64,000 bases of DNA from sequence record PV357171.2; one strand, 5' to 3'. Source of the DNA: a phage. This document shows positions 8,495 to 17,042 of the stretch, piece after piece; position 1 is the stretch's first letter; every line of letters starts with the position of its first letter. The notes beneath the pieces were generated by a model. It searched no databases, had not been told where the DNA came from, and saw nothing but the letters and a program-made list of their open reading frames with translations. Made by a program: the position numbers and the translations under genes.

Positions 8495-9594
8495 TGGGTT
8501 TTAAAAGCTGGATTACTGAAAAGCTAAATCCGGGTCAACGTATTATAAGAGACATGGAACCAGTTAGTCATCGCACTAACCGTAAGCCTTTTACCACTGG
8601 ACAAGCCTACAGTAAAATTGAGATTCTCAATAGAACTGCTAATATGGTTATAGATAGTGCGGCGGAGTGTTCTTATACTACTCTCTTAAATGTACGACCT
8701 AATCCATTCATGGATATAAGCACATTCCGTAGACTTGTAGTCACTGACCTACTTTTTGAAGGTTGTGCATACATCTATTGGGATGGCACATCGCTTTACC
8801 ATGTCCCTGCTGCACTGATGCAAGTAGAGGCAGATGCCAATAAGTTTATCAAAAAATTTATATTTAATAACCAGATAGACTATCGCGTAGATGAGATTAT
8901 CTTTATAAAAGATAACAGTTACGTGTGTGGCACAAATTCTCAAATTTCTGGACAATCTCGCGTTGCTACTGTTATTGACTCTCTTGAGAAGCGTTCTAAG
9001 ATGCTTAACTTTAAAGAGAAATTCCTCGATAACGGAACTGTGATTGGTCTTATTCTTGAGACGGATGAAATCCTGAACAAGAAATTGCGTGAGCGTAAAC
9101 AAGAAGAATTACAACTAGATTATAATCCTAGTACTGGTCAGTCCTCTGTCCTGATAGACTTTAAGGAAGACATCGAAGGATTTAATAAATCCATCTGTCT
9201 AGCCTTTGGTGTTCCGCAAGTGCTACTTGATGGCGGTAATAATGCGAACATTCGACCAAACATCGAATTGTTCTACTATATGACTATCATTCCTATGCTG
9301 AACAAGCTGACTAGTTCTCTTACTTTCTTTTTTGGTTATAAGATTACTCCTAATACTAAGGAAGTAGCTGCATTAACACCAGATAAAGAAGCTGAGGCTA
9401 AACATTTAACCTCATTGGTTAATAATGGTATTATGACTGGTAACGAGGCTCGTTTAGAGCTGAACCTTGAACCTTTAGATGATGAGCAGATGAATAAGAT
9501 TCGTATTCCTGCTAACGTTGCTGGTTCTGCAACAGGTGTATCTGGTCAAGAAGGTGGTAGACCTCAAGGTTCCACCGAGGGAGATAAAGAATGA
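8494..9594 (+). CDS. portal protein
   Basis: 366 aa; position between terminase and prohead protease; translationally coupled to neighbours. Confidence 0.65.
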   Translation: MGFKSWITEKLNPGQRIIRDMEPVSHRTNRKPFTTGQAYSKIEILNRTANMVIDSAAECSYTTLLNVRPNPFMDISTFRRLVVTDLLFEGCAYIYWDGTSLYHVPAALMQVEADANKFIKKFIFNNQIDYRVDEIIFIKDNSYVCGTNSQISGQSRVATVIDSLEKRSKMLNFKEKFLDNGTVIGLILETDEILNKKLRERKQEELQLDYNPSTGQSSVLIDFKEDIEGFNKSICLAFGVPQVLLDGGNNANIRPNIELFYYMTIIPMLNKLTSSLTFFFGYKITPNTKEVAALTPDKEAEAKHLTSLVNNGIMTGNEARLELNLEPLDDEQMNKIRIPANVAGSATGVSGQEGGRPQGSTEGDKE

Positions 9595-10085
9595 TTGATT
9601 ATAATGGTCTAAAGACCATTTTTGGTGAAAAACTGCCAGAATCTCATATCTTCTTTGCTACGGTTGCTGCGCATAAATATGTTCCTAGCTATGCTTTTCT
9701 GCGTAGAGAACTAGGGCTTTCATCTGCGCATACTAACCGTAAAGTATGGAAGAAATTTGTAGAGGCTTATGGTGAAGCAGTTCCTCCGGCCCCACCGGCC
9801 CCACCATTAACTCTTTCTAAAGATTTAACTGCTAGCATGTCAGTTGAAGAGGGAGCAGCATTAACACTTTCTGTTACTGCAACTGGTGGTACTGGTCCAT
9901 ATACTTATGCATGGACTAAAGATGGTTCTCCTATTCCGGATGCTTCAGGAGCTACCTATACTAAACCTACAGCAGCAGCTGAGGATGCCGGCTCTTATAA
10001 AGTAACTGTAACAGATAGTAAGCAAGTAAGTAAGGATTCTACTGCATGTGCTGTGACAGTTAATCCTACTGTTCCTGGAGGCTAA
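9591..10085 (+). CDS. capsid decoration protein with C-terminal Ig-like domain (pb10-like)
   Basis: 164 aa; PPAPPAPP linker then Ig-like segment YTYAWTKDG...SYKVTVTD. Confidence 0.55.
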   Translation: MIDYNGLKTIFGEKLPESHIFFATVAAHKYVPSYAFLRRELGLSSAHTNRKVWKKFVEAYGEAVPPAPPAPPLTLSKDLTASMSVEEGAALTLSVTATGGTGPYTYAWTKDGSPIPDASGATYTKPTAAAEDAGSYKVTVTDSKQVSKDSTACAVTVNPTVPGG

Positions 10086-10088
10086 TAA

Positions 10089-10721
10089 ATGACACAAGCT
10101 GCTATTGACTATAACAAGTTAAAATCAGCACCCGTTCATTTAGATGCTTATATTAAATCTATTGATAGCGAATCCAAAGAGGGCGTTGTAAAAATCCGTG
10201 GATTCGCTAATACAATTAGTAAAGATCGCGCTGGTGATGTAATTCCTGCTTCTGCGTGGAAAACATCTAATGCACTTGCTAACTATATGAAAAACCCGAT
10301 TATTCTTTTCGGACACGATCATCGTCGTCCAATCGGCAAGTGTATTGATCTTAACCCTACTGAAATGGGTCTCGAAATCGAATGCGAGATCTATGAAAGT
10401 TCTGACCCGGCTATCTTTTCTCTAATTAAAAACGGTGTACTGAAAACTTTTAGTATCGGATTCCGCTGCCTAGATGCAGAGTGGGATGAAGCTACTGATA
10501 TATTTATTATTAAAGATTTAGAACTATACGAAGTTTCGGTAGTTTCTGTACCTTGTAATCAGGACTCAACGTTCAATCTCGCTAAGAGTATGAATGGTCA
10601 TGATTATACTGAATGGCGTAAATCTTTTACTGCAATAAGTTCTAAAGCTGTCCCAGCTCAAGAACGTAATCTTTCTGAACTAGAAAAACTTGCGATAGCT
10701 TTAGGCTACGTTAAAGAATAA
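10089..10721 (+). CDS. prohead maturation protease (HK97 family)
   Basis: 210 aa; position before major capsid gene; conserved His-containing segment FGHDHRRPIG. Confidence 0.7.
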   Translation: MTQAAIDYNKLKSAPVHLDAYIKSIDSESKEGVVKIRGFANTISKDRAGDVIPASAWKTSNALANYMKNPIILFGHDHRRPIGKCIDLNPTEMGLEIECEIYESSDPAIFSLIKNGVLKTFSIGFRCLDAEWDEATDIFIIKDLELYEVSVVSVPCNQDSTFNLAKSMNGHDYTEWRKSFTAISSKAVPAQERNLSELEKLAIALGYVKE

Positions 10722-10738
10722 CGGAGAATTATTTAAAA

Positions 10739-11296
10739 ATGACTATTGATATTAATAAGCTGAAAGAAGAACTTGGTCTGGGTGATCTGGCTAAATCTCT
10801 GGAAGGTCTGACCGCTGCTCAGAAAGCTCAGGAAGCTGAACGTATGCGTAAAGAGCAGGAAGAAAAAGAACTGGCTCGTATGAATGACTTGGTTTCTAAA
10901 GCAGTTGGCGAAGATCGTCAGAAACTGGAACAAGCTCTGGAACTGGTTAAGTCCCTGGATGAAAAATCTAAGAAGAGCGCAGAACTGTTTGCACAGACTG
11001 TAGAAAAGCAGCAGGAAACTATTGTTGGTCTCCAGGACGAAATCAAATCTCTGCTGGCAGCTCGTGAAGGGCGTTCCTTCGTCGGTGATAGTGTGGCTAA
11101 AGCACTGTACGGTACTCAAGAAAACTTTGAAGACGAAGTGGAGAAACTGGTTCTTCTGTCCTACGTGATGGAAAAAGGTGTATTTGATACCGAACATGGT
11201 CAGAGACACTTGAAAGCTGTAAACCAGTCTTCTTCTGTAGAAGTTTCTAGTGAAAGCTATGAAACTATTTTCTCCCAGCGTATCATCCGTGACTGA
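10739..11296 (+). CDS. major capsid protein, N-terminal scaffolding (delta) domain; frame terminates early
   Basis: Coiled-coil-rich 185 aa; followed in +1 frame by HK97-fold body. Confidence 0.7.
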   Translation: MTIDINKLKEELGLGDLAKSLEGLTAAQKAQEAERMRKEQEEKELARMNDLVSKAVGEDRQKLEQALELVKSLDEKSKKSAELFAQTVEKQQETIVGLQDEIKSLLAAREGRSFVGDSVAKALYGTQENFEDEVEKLVLLSYVMEKGVFDTEHGQRHLKAVNQSSSVEVSSESYETIFSQRIIRD

Positions 11297-11972
11297 GGTT
11301 AAAGGTGCTCTGACTGAAATCCACTTCAGTACTTACAAACTGGCTGCTAAGTCCTTCATTACTGATGAAACTGAAGAAGATGCAATCTTCTCCCTGCTGC
11401 CGCTGCTGCGTAAACGTCTGATTGAAGCACACGCTGTTTCTATCGAAGAAGCGTTTATGACTGGTGATGGTACTGGTAAACCTAAAGGTCTATTGACTCT
11501 TGCTAGCGAAGATGGTGCTAAAGTTACTACTGAAGCTAAAGCTGATGGTTCTGTTCTGGTAACTGCTAAGACTATCTCTAAACTGCGTCGTAAACTGGGC
11601 CGTCATGGTTTGAAACTGTCCAAACTGGTACTGATTGTATCTATGGATGCTTACTACGATCTGCTGGAAGATGAAGAATGGCAGGATGTTGCTCAAGTTG
11701 GTAATGATGCTGTTAAACTGCAGGGTCAGGTTGGTCGTATTTATGGTCTGCCGGTTGTAGTTTCTGAATACTTCCCAGCTAAAGCGGTTGATAAAGAGTT
11801 CGCAGTTATTGTTTATAAAGATAACTTCGTAATGCCACGTCAGCGTGCTGTTACTGTTGAACGTGAGCGTCAAGCTGGTAAACAGCGTGATGCATACTAC
11901 GTTACTCAGCGTGTTAACCTGCAACGTTACTTTAGTAATGGCGTTGTATCTGGTGCTTACGCTGCATCTTAA
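11250..11972 (+). CDS. major capsid protein, HK97-fold body (in +1 frame relative to delta domain)
   Basis: 240 aa; strong terminator downstream; continuation of capsid gene. Confidence 0.7.
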   Translation: MKAMKLFSPSVSSVTEVKGALTEIHFSTYKLAAKSFITDETEEDAIFSLLPLLRKRLIEAHAVSIEEAFMTGDGTGKPKGLLTLASEDGAKVTTEAKADGSVLVTAKTISKLRRKLGRHGLKLSKLVLIVSMDAYYDLLEDEEWQDVAQVGNDAVKLQGQVGRIYGLPVVVSEYFPAKAVDKEFAVIVYKDNFVMPRQRAVTVERERQAGKQRDAYYVTQRVNLQRYFSNGVVSGAYAAS

Positions 11973-11991
11973 TACAGGCTTTTCAGCCGAT

Positions 11992-12018
11992 AAGGAGAGC
12001 TTCGGCTCTCCTTTTTTA
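11992..12018 (+). terminator. rho-independent terminator after capsid gene (AAGGAGAGC-TTCG-GCTCTCCTT + T-tract)
   Basis: Perfect 9-bp stem, tetraloop, U-run. Confidence 0.8.
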
Positions 12019-12031
12019 TTGGGAAAAATAA

Positions 12032-12544
12032 ATGCAAATAATCACAGCTGAAGACTATAGATTATATGGCGGGTTAAAACGACCTGAACTAGAATCTGGA
12101 GTAGAGATGATGATTACTGCTGCCAATGCGCTGATTACTAGCCTTTTAGGTATGGATGATGCTGATGCGGTAGACCAGTTAATCAATACAAAACCTACTC
12201 GTAAAAAATACTTTTTAAGTTCTCCCTCGGCTACTTCAGTAACCAAAATGACTATTAACGACAAGGAGATAGATCCTGAACAGTATAAGTTGTATTCTGA
12301 TGGGGTTATACTTCTTAAATTTAACCCTCCAGAAGGTTATATGGACGTAGAATATACACAAGGTGGATTTAATCCAATTCCTGAAGATCTCAAACTTGCA
12401 GCATGTATGTTAGTAGATCATTGGCACAAACAGGATTATCGCCAAGCTAAAACAATTGGCGGAGAAACAGTTACTTTTAATAATACTAAGTCTGGTATTC
12501 CAGAGCATATTCGTACTATTATTGAAGTTTACAGGAGAGTATAA
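12032..12544 (+). CDS. head completion / head-tail adaptor protein (p144-like)
   Basis: 170 aa; synteny after capsid gene. Confidence 0.45.
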   Translation: MQIITAEDYRLYGGLKRPELESGVEMMITAANALITSLLGMDDADAVDQLINTKPTRKKYFLSSPSATSVTKMTINDKEIDPEQYKLYSDGVILLKFNPPEGYMDVEYTQGGFNPIPEDLKLAACMLVDHWHKQDYRQAKTIGGETVTFNNTKSGIPEHIRTIIEVYRRV

Positions 12545-13311
12545 TGTCTCTTTCTGATTTAGCTACACAAATTATTAAGGAGCAGCTAGATAATGTTGGG
12601 CGTTCCGAGAACAATAAGAATACTGTTGTATATTCTGTTGAAACAGGACTGAAAGATCCTACTAGAGATGGTACTGTTGCTCAGGTATCTTTTAAATTCT
12701 CAAAACCTGTATCCCAAGACCTCCTTAATGTTAGGACCGCTTCTATTCTAAAAGCAGTTTCTTCTAGCTTAGATCTAACAGGAGACTTAGGTGCTTTAGA
12801 AAGTCTTATTCAAGCAACCGCCGGTAAAAAATCCTCTGTAGGTAAAAAACGTTCTACTGGTAGAGTTCAAGTAAACTTTGGGGATCCTAGAGATGTAGAA
12901 GATGGATATTCTGGTGCAGTAACAGGTGCTTCTGGTCGTTTTGTATCTAATAGCAATATGAAGGTTATTCTGGAGTTGGTTGCTAAAGAATACTTAATAA
13001 AGGATATGAAAAAAGCAGGAGCTCCACTTAAATTTAGAACAGGTCGTTTTGCAAATTCTCTGAAAATTAAGGATGTTATGCTTAGAGATGCAGAGACTAG
13101 TAAAGGTGCTCCTGAACTAAACGTGACATATAAGTATATGGTACGTCCATATTCTGTATTTAATCCAGCAGTATCTACATATCGAAGATTATCTCTACGA
13201 CCTTACCCAGGCGCTAGAAACCCCCAAAAACTTATTGGTGAGGCTATAGCAAAAGCTGCAAGAGACCTGATTCACTCTAGATATAAAATCAAGGTTAATC
13301 AAGGAACCTAA
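12544..13311 (+). CDS. tail completion / neck protein (p143-like)
   Basis: 255 aa; synteny. Confidence 0.4.
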   Translation: MSLSDLATQIIKEQLDNVGRSENNKNTVVYSVETGLKDPTRDGTVAQVSFKFSKPVSQDLLNVRTASILKAVSSSLDLTGDLGALESLIQATAGKKSSVGKKRSTGRVQVNFGDPRDVEDGYSGAVTGASGRFVSNSNMKVILELVAKEYLIKDMKKAGAPLKFRTGRFANSLKIKDVMLRDAETSKGAPELNVTYKYMVRPYSVFNPAVSTYRRLSLRPYPGARNPQKLIGEAIAKAARDLIHSRYKIKVNQGT

Positions 13312-13314
13312 TAA

Positions 13315-13800
13315 ATGGATCATAGAACAAGTATTGCACAAGCTCTGGTTGACCGTATATCTAAACAGTTGGACGGTTCTCAACCCGACGAATATTTTAA
13401 TAACCTATATGGAAACGTTTCTCGTCAAACTTATAAATTTGAGGAAATACGAGAGTTTCCTTATGTGGCAGTTCATATCGGAACTGAAACTGGGCAGTAT
13501 CTTCCTTCGGGCCAACAGTGGATGTTTTTAGAACTTCCAATCCTGGTGTACGATAAAGAGAAAACAGACATTCAAGAGCAACTTGAAAAACTCGTAGCGG
13601 ATATAAAAACCGTTATTGACACAGGTGGAAATTTAGAATATACTGTTAGTAAACCTAATGGATCGACCTTCCCATGTGAGGCAACTGATATGATCATTAC
13701 ATCAGTTAGTACAGATGAGGGTCTACTGGCCCCATATGGTTTAGCAGAAATAAATGTAACAGTGAGGTATCAGCCTCCACGTAGGTCACTTCGCAGATAA
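13315..13800 (+). CDS. tail terminator protein (p142-like)
   Basis: 161 aa; immediately upstream of tail tube gene. Confidence 0.45.
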   Translation: MDHRTSIAQALVDRISKQLDGSQPDEYFNNLYGNVSRQTYKFEEIREFPYVAVHIGTETGQYLPSGQQWMFLELPILVYDKEKTDIQEQLEKLVADIKTVIDTGGNLEYTVSKPNGSTFPCEATDMIITSVSTDEGLLAPYGLAEINVTVRYQPPRRSLRR

Positions 13801-13826
13801 GTTACAGATTAGGAGAAAATAATTAA

Positions 13827-15224
13827 ATGTCTTTACAACTATTACGTAATACTCGAATCTTCGTGTCTACGGTTAAGACTGGTCATAATAAGACCAACAC
13901 GCAAGAGATTCTAGTTCAGGATGATATTTCTTGGGGTCAGGACAGTAACTCAACAGATATTACTGTTAATGAAGCTGGTCCGCGTCCAACTCGTGGTTCT
14001 AAACGTTTTAACGACTCTTTAAACGCGGCTGAGTGGAGTTTCTCTACTTATATCCTGCCATATAAAGATAAAACTACTAACAAACAGATTGTCCCTGACT
14101 ATATGTTATGGCATGCTCTTTCTAGTGGTAAAGCTCTTAACCTAGAAGGTGCTACAGGAGCACATAATAACGAAACCAATTTTATGGTTAACTTTAAAGA
14201 TAACGCGTACCACGAACTGGCAATGCTGCATATCTACATCCTGACTGACAAAGCATGGAGTTACATCGACTCTTGCCAGATCAACCAGGCAGAAGTTAAC
14301 GTTGATATTGAGGATATTGGTCGTGTAACTTGGTCAGGTAATGGTAACCAGCTTATTCCTTTGGATGAGCAACCATTTGACCCTGATACTGTAGGTATTG
14401 ATGATGAAACTTATATGACTATTCAGAGTTCTTATATCAAGAACAAGTTGACTATCCTGAAAATTAAGGATATGGATTCTGATAAGGCATATGATATCCC
14501 TATTACTGGGGGTACTTTCACCATTAATAACAATATTACGTACCTAACCCCGAATATTATGTCTCGTGTTAATATTCCAATTGGTTCTTTTACTGGTGCT
14601 TTTGAATTAACGGGTTCATTAACTGCTTATCTGAATGATAAATCTCTTGGTTCTATGGAGCTGTACAAAGATCTTATCAAGACTCTGAAGGTAGTTAACC
14701 GCTTCGAAATTGCTCTAGTACTTGGTGGTGAATACGATGAAGAACGTCCTGCTGCTATTCTGGTAGCTAAACAAGCACACGTTAATATTCCTACTATTGA
14801 AACTGATGATGTACTTGGTACTTCAGTAGAGTTTAAAGCTATTCCATCTGATCTGGATGCTGGTGATGAAGGTTACTTAGGCTTCTCTAGTAAATATACC
14901 AAAACAACTATTAATAACTTGATTGTTAATGGTGATGGTGCTACTAATGCTGTAACCGCAATTACTGTTAAATCTGCTGGTGATGCTACTACAGTAAACA
15001 ACTCGGCTACTCTTCAAATGAGTGTTGAAGTTACTCCTCCTTCCGCAAAGAATAAGGAAGTTACTTGGGCTATCACCGCCGGTGATGCAGCCACAATTGA
15101 TCCAGAATCTGGCCTATTAACTGCGGACACCACTAAAACTGGTGAAGTAACTGTAGAAGCTACTGCTAAAGATGGTTCTGGAGTTAAAGGTACTAAACAG
15201 ATTACTGTAGCAGCAGGTGGCTAA
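13827..15224 (+). CDS. tail tube protein with C-terminal Ig-like (Big_2-type) domain (pb6-like)
   Basis: 465 aa; C-terminal Ig-like segment; synteny. Confidence 0.7.
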   Translation: MSLQLLRNTRIFVSTVKTGHNKTNTQEILVQDDISWGQDSNSTDITVNEAGPRPTRGSKRFNDSLNAAEWSFSTYILPYKDKTTNKQIVPDYMLWHALSSGKALNLEGATGAHNNETNFMVNFKDNAYHELAMLHIYILTDKAWSYIDSCQINQAEVNVDIEDIGRVTWSGNGNQLIPLDEQPFDPDTVGIDDETYMTIQSSYIKNKLTILKIKDMDSDKAYDIPITGGTFTINNNITYLTPNIMSRVNIPIGSFTGAFELTGSLTAYLNDKSLGSMELYKDLIKTLKVVNRFEIALVLGGEYDEERPAAILVAKQAHVNIPTIETDDVLGTSVEFKAIPSDLDAGDEGYLGFSSKYTKTTINNLIVNGDGATNAVTAITVKSAGDATTVNNSATLQMSVEVTPPSAKNKEVTWAITAGDAATIDPESGLLTADTTKTGEVTVEATAKDGSGVKGTKQITVAAGG

Positions 15225-15228
15225 TTAA

Positions 15229-16128
15229 ATGTACTACTCTCTAATGAGAGAGTCAAAAGTTATAGTTGAGTATGATGGTAGGGCATTTCATTTTGATGCC
15301 CTATCAAACTATGATATACAGACTTCCTACGAGGAATTCAAGACTCTTCGTAGGACTGTTCATCGTAGAACTAACTATGCAGACTCTATTATAAATGCTC
15401 AAACCCCCTCTTCTATCTCTCTAGCAGTAAATTTCAGTAATACTCTTACTGAGGCTAACTTCTTTGAATGGTTAGGTTTTGATAGAAAAGGTAATACTTT
15501 CTTACTCCCGCTATATAGTAGTAATATTGAACCTATTATGTTCAATATCTATATAGTAAATAAAGATAATAACTGTGTATATTTTGAAAACTGTTATGTA
15601 TCTACAGTAGATTTTTCTTTAGATAAGAACATACCAATTCTTAATGTTGGTATTGAGTCTGGGAAATTCTCAGAAGTATCTACGTATAGAGAAGCAGCTT
15701 CTATTATACAGGGTGAAGTAATGTCTTACAGCCCAGTAATAGCTTCTACTAATGGCAGCATCTTACCCGGTCTTATTTCTGCCTCTTTATCTTTCCAGCA
15801 GCAGTGCTCCTGGAGAGAGGATAAGAGTGTTTTTGATATAAATAAAATTTATAATAATAAAAGAGCCTATGTAACTGAAATGAATGCTTCGGCAACCATT
15901 TCTCTGTACTACTTAAAACGTTTTGCAGGAGATATGGTTTATAATATAGAACCGGAGACAGATGTACCTTTAATGATAAGAAATAATAATATTTCTATAG
16001 ATTTTCCTTCAGCACGTATTACAAAACGCCTAGAGTTCTCAGATGTGTATAGAGTTGAGTGGGATATTATACCTATTGCTTCTTCAGACCCAGTGAGAAT
16101 AGATTTCTTTGGAGAAATTAAAAAATGA
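15229..16128 (+). CDS. tail tip collar protein (p140-like)
   Basis: 299 aa; synteny between tube and tape measure. Confidence 0.4.
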   Translation: MYYSLMRESKVIVEYDGRAFHFDALSNYDIQTSYEEFKTLRRTVHRRTNYADSIINAQTPSSISLAVNFSNTLTEANFFEWLGFDRKGNTFLLPLYSSNIEPIMFNIYIVNKDNNCVYFENCYVSTVDFSLDKNIPILNVGIESGKFSEVSTYREAASIIQGEVMSYSPVIASTNGSILPGLISASLSFQQQCSWREDKSVFDINKIYNNKRAYVTEMNASATISLYYLKRFAGDMVYNIEPETDVPLMIRNNNISIDFPSARITKRLEFSDVYRVEWDIIPIASSDPVRIDFFGEIKK

Positions 16129-16529
16129 TTAATTTAAAAGATATTACTCTTGATACTCGTACTATTACTCTTTCCTACCCAGGTATGCCGAACTTTAAAC
16201 TAGAACTTAACTATATGTCTCGTGCTACCTCTAAACGTGTTATTTCTTCTGCTAAACGCGATGAATGGGTTAATGGTACTTTGGTTCAGGTACAGGATGA
16301 TGATAAGTTCATTGAAGCCTTTGTTGACGCAGCTATTAAAGGTTGGACTGGTTTGACTGTAGGTGACGTTGAAAAACTGATGCTGATTGAAACAGACGCT
16401 GATCCTGCTACTGAAGTTCCATTTAGTCGTGATAATGCTGTAATGCTTATGCAGAACTCTGCTGCGTTTGATTCTTGGATCAACCAGACAGTGTTCCATT
16501 TAGACACTTTTCGTAGCTCAAAAGCGTAA
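16125..16529 (+). CDS. putative tail assembly chaperone (G-like)
   Basis: 134 aa immediately upstream of tape measure region; SD GGAG. Confidence 0.4.
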   Translation: MINLKDITLDTRTITLSYPGMPNFKLELNYMSRATSKRVISSAKRDEWVNGTLVQVQDDDKFIEAFVDAAIKGWTGLTVGDVEKLMLIETDADPATEVPFSRDNAVMLMQNSAAFDSWINQTVFHLDTFRSSKA

Positions 16530-16959
16530 AGAATTACTAGATGCTGTTGCTGACTTTGCTGATAAATGTATTAAAAGCTCAGCATCTAAAATGACTAAAC
16601 AACAATATTTAATACTTTGTGAATCAATGGGTATAGAACCTGATCCTAAGGCTATGCCTGTTGAACTTGAAGACTTTCCACCTATTGTAGCTATTAGTAT
16701 GAATATTTATAATAGTCTAGTTGACTGTTTCATACCTGGCGACTTTCCTATATTTATAGGTAAAGACAAGGCTGCTTTAGGTGTTTTATTCGATATTTAT
16801 GGGATTACTGATCCCATAGAAAAAGAATTTGTTCTACACATTATCAATATATTTGATTCTAAAGCTGTAGACGCTGCACGTAAACGTGCTGAGAAGCATA
16901 AGCCGCAAAACGGTAGAATACCTAACGTTAAGCCACATGCTAAATCTCGAGCACGGTAA
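16504..16959 (+). CDS. putative tail assembly chaperone extension (T-like), +1 frame; track ORF 16591..16959
   Basis: Frame open from 16504, overlaps end of upstream ORF by ~25 nt; no SD before ATG 16591. Confidence 0.35.
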   Translation, partial: TLFVAQKRKELLDAVADFADKCIKSSASKMTKQQYLILCESMGIEPDPKAMPVELEDFPPIVAISMNIYNSLVDCFIPGDFPIFIGKDKAALGVLFDIYGITDPIEKEFVLHIINIFDSKAVDAARKRAEKHKPQNGRIPNVKPHAKSRAR

Positions 16960-16994
16960 AAGTTTCCTCCAATGGGCGTTCCACGATGAGGCTT

Positions 16995-17027
16995 GGCTCT
17001 GGGTGATTTGCCCAGAGCCTTTTTTAT
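16995..17027 (+). terminator. stem-loop plus T-tract before tape measure gene
   Basis: GGCTCTGGG...CCCAGAGCC then TTTTTTATTGGGAAAAATAAA. Confidence 0.7.
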
Positions 17028-17042
17028 TGGGAAAAATAAAAT

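Noticed and set aside
10733-11209. 158-aa minus-strand ORF antisense to the capsid gene
   Set aside because: Low-complexity F/L/Q-rich translation of the antisense strand of a highly expressed gene; no start context.
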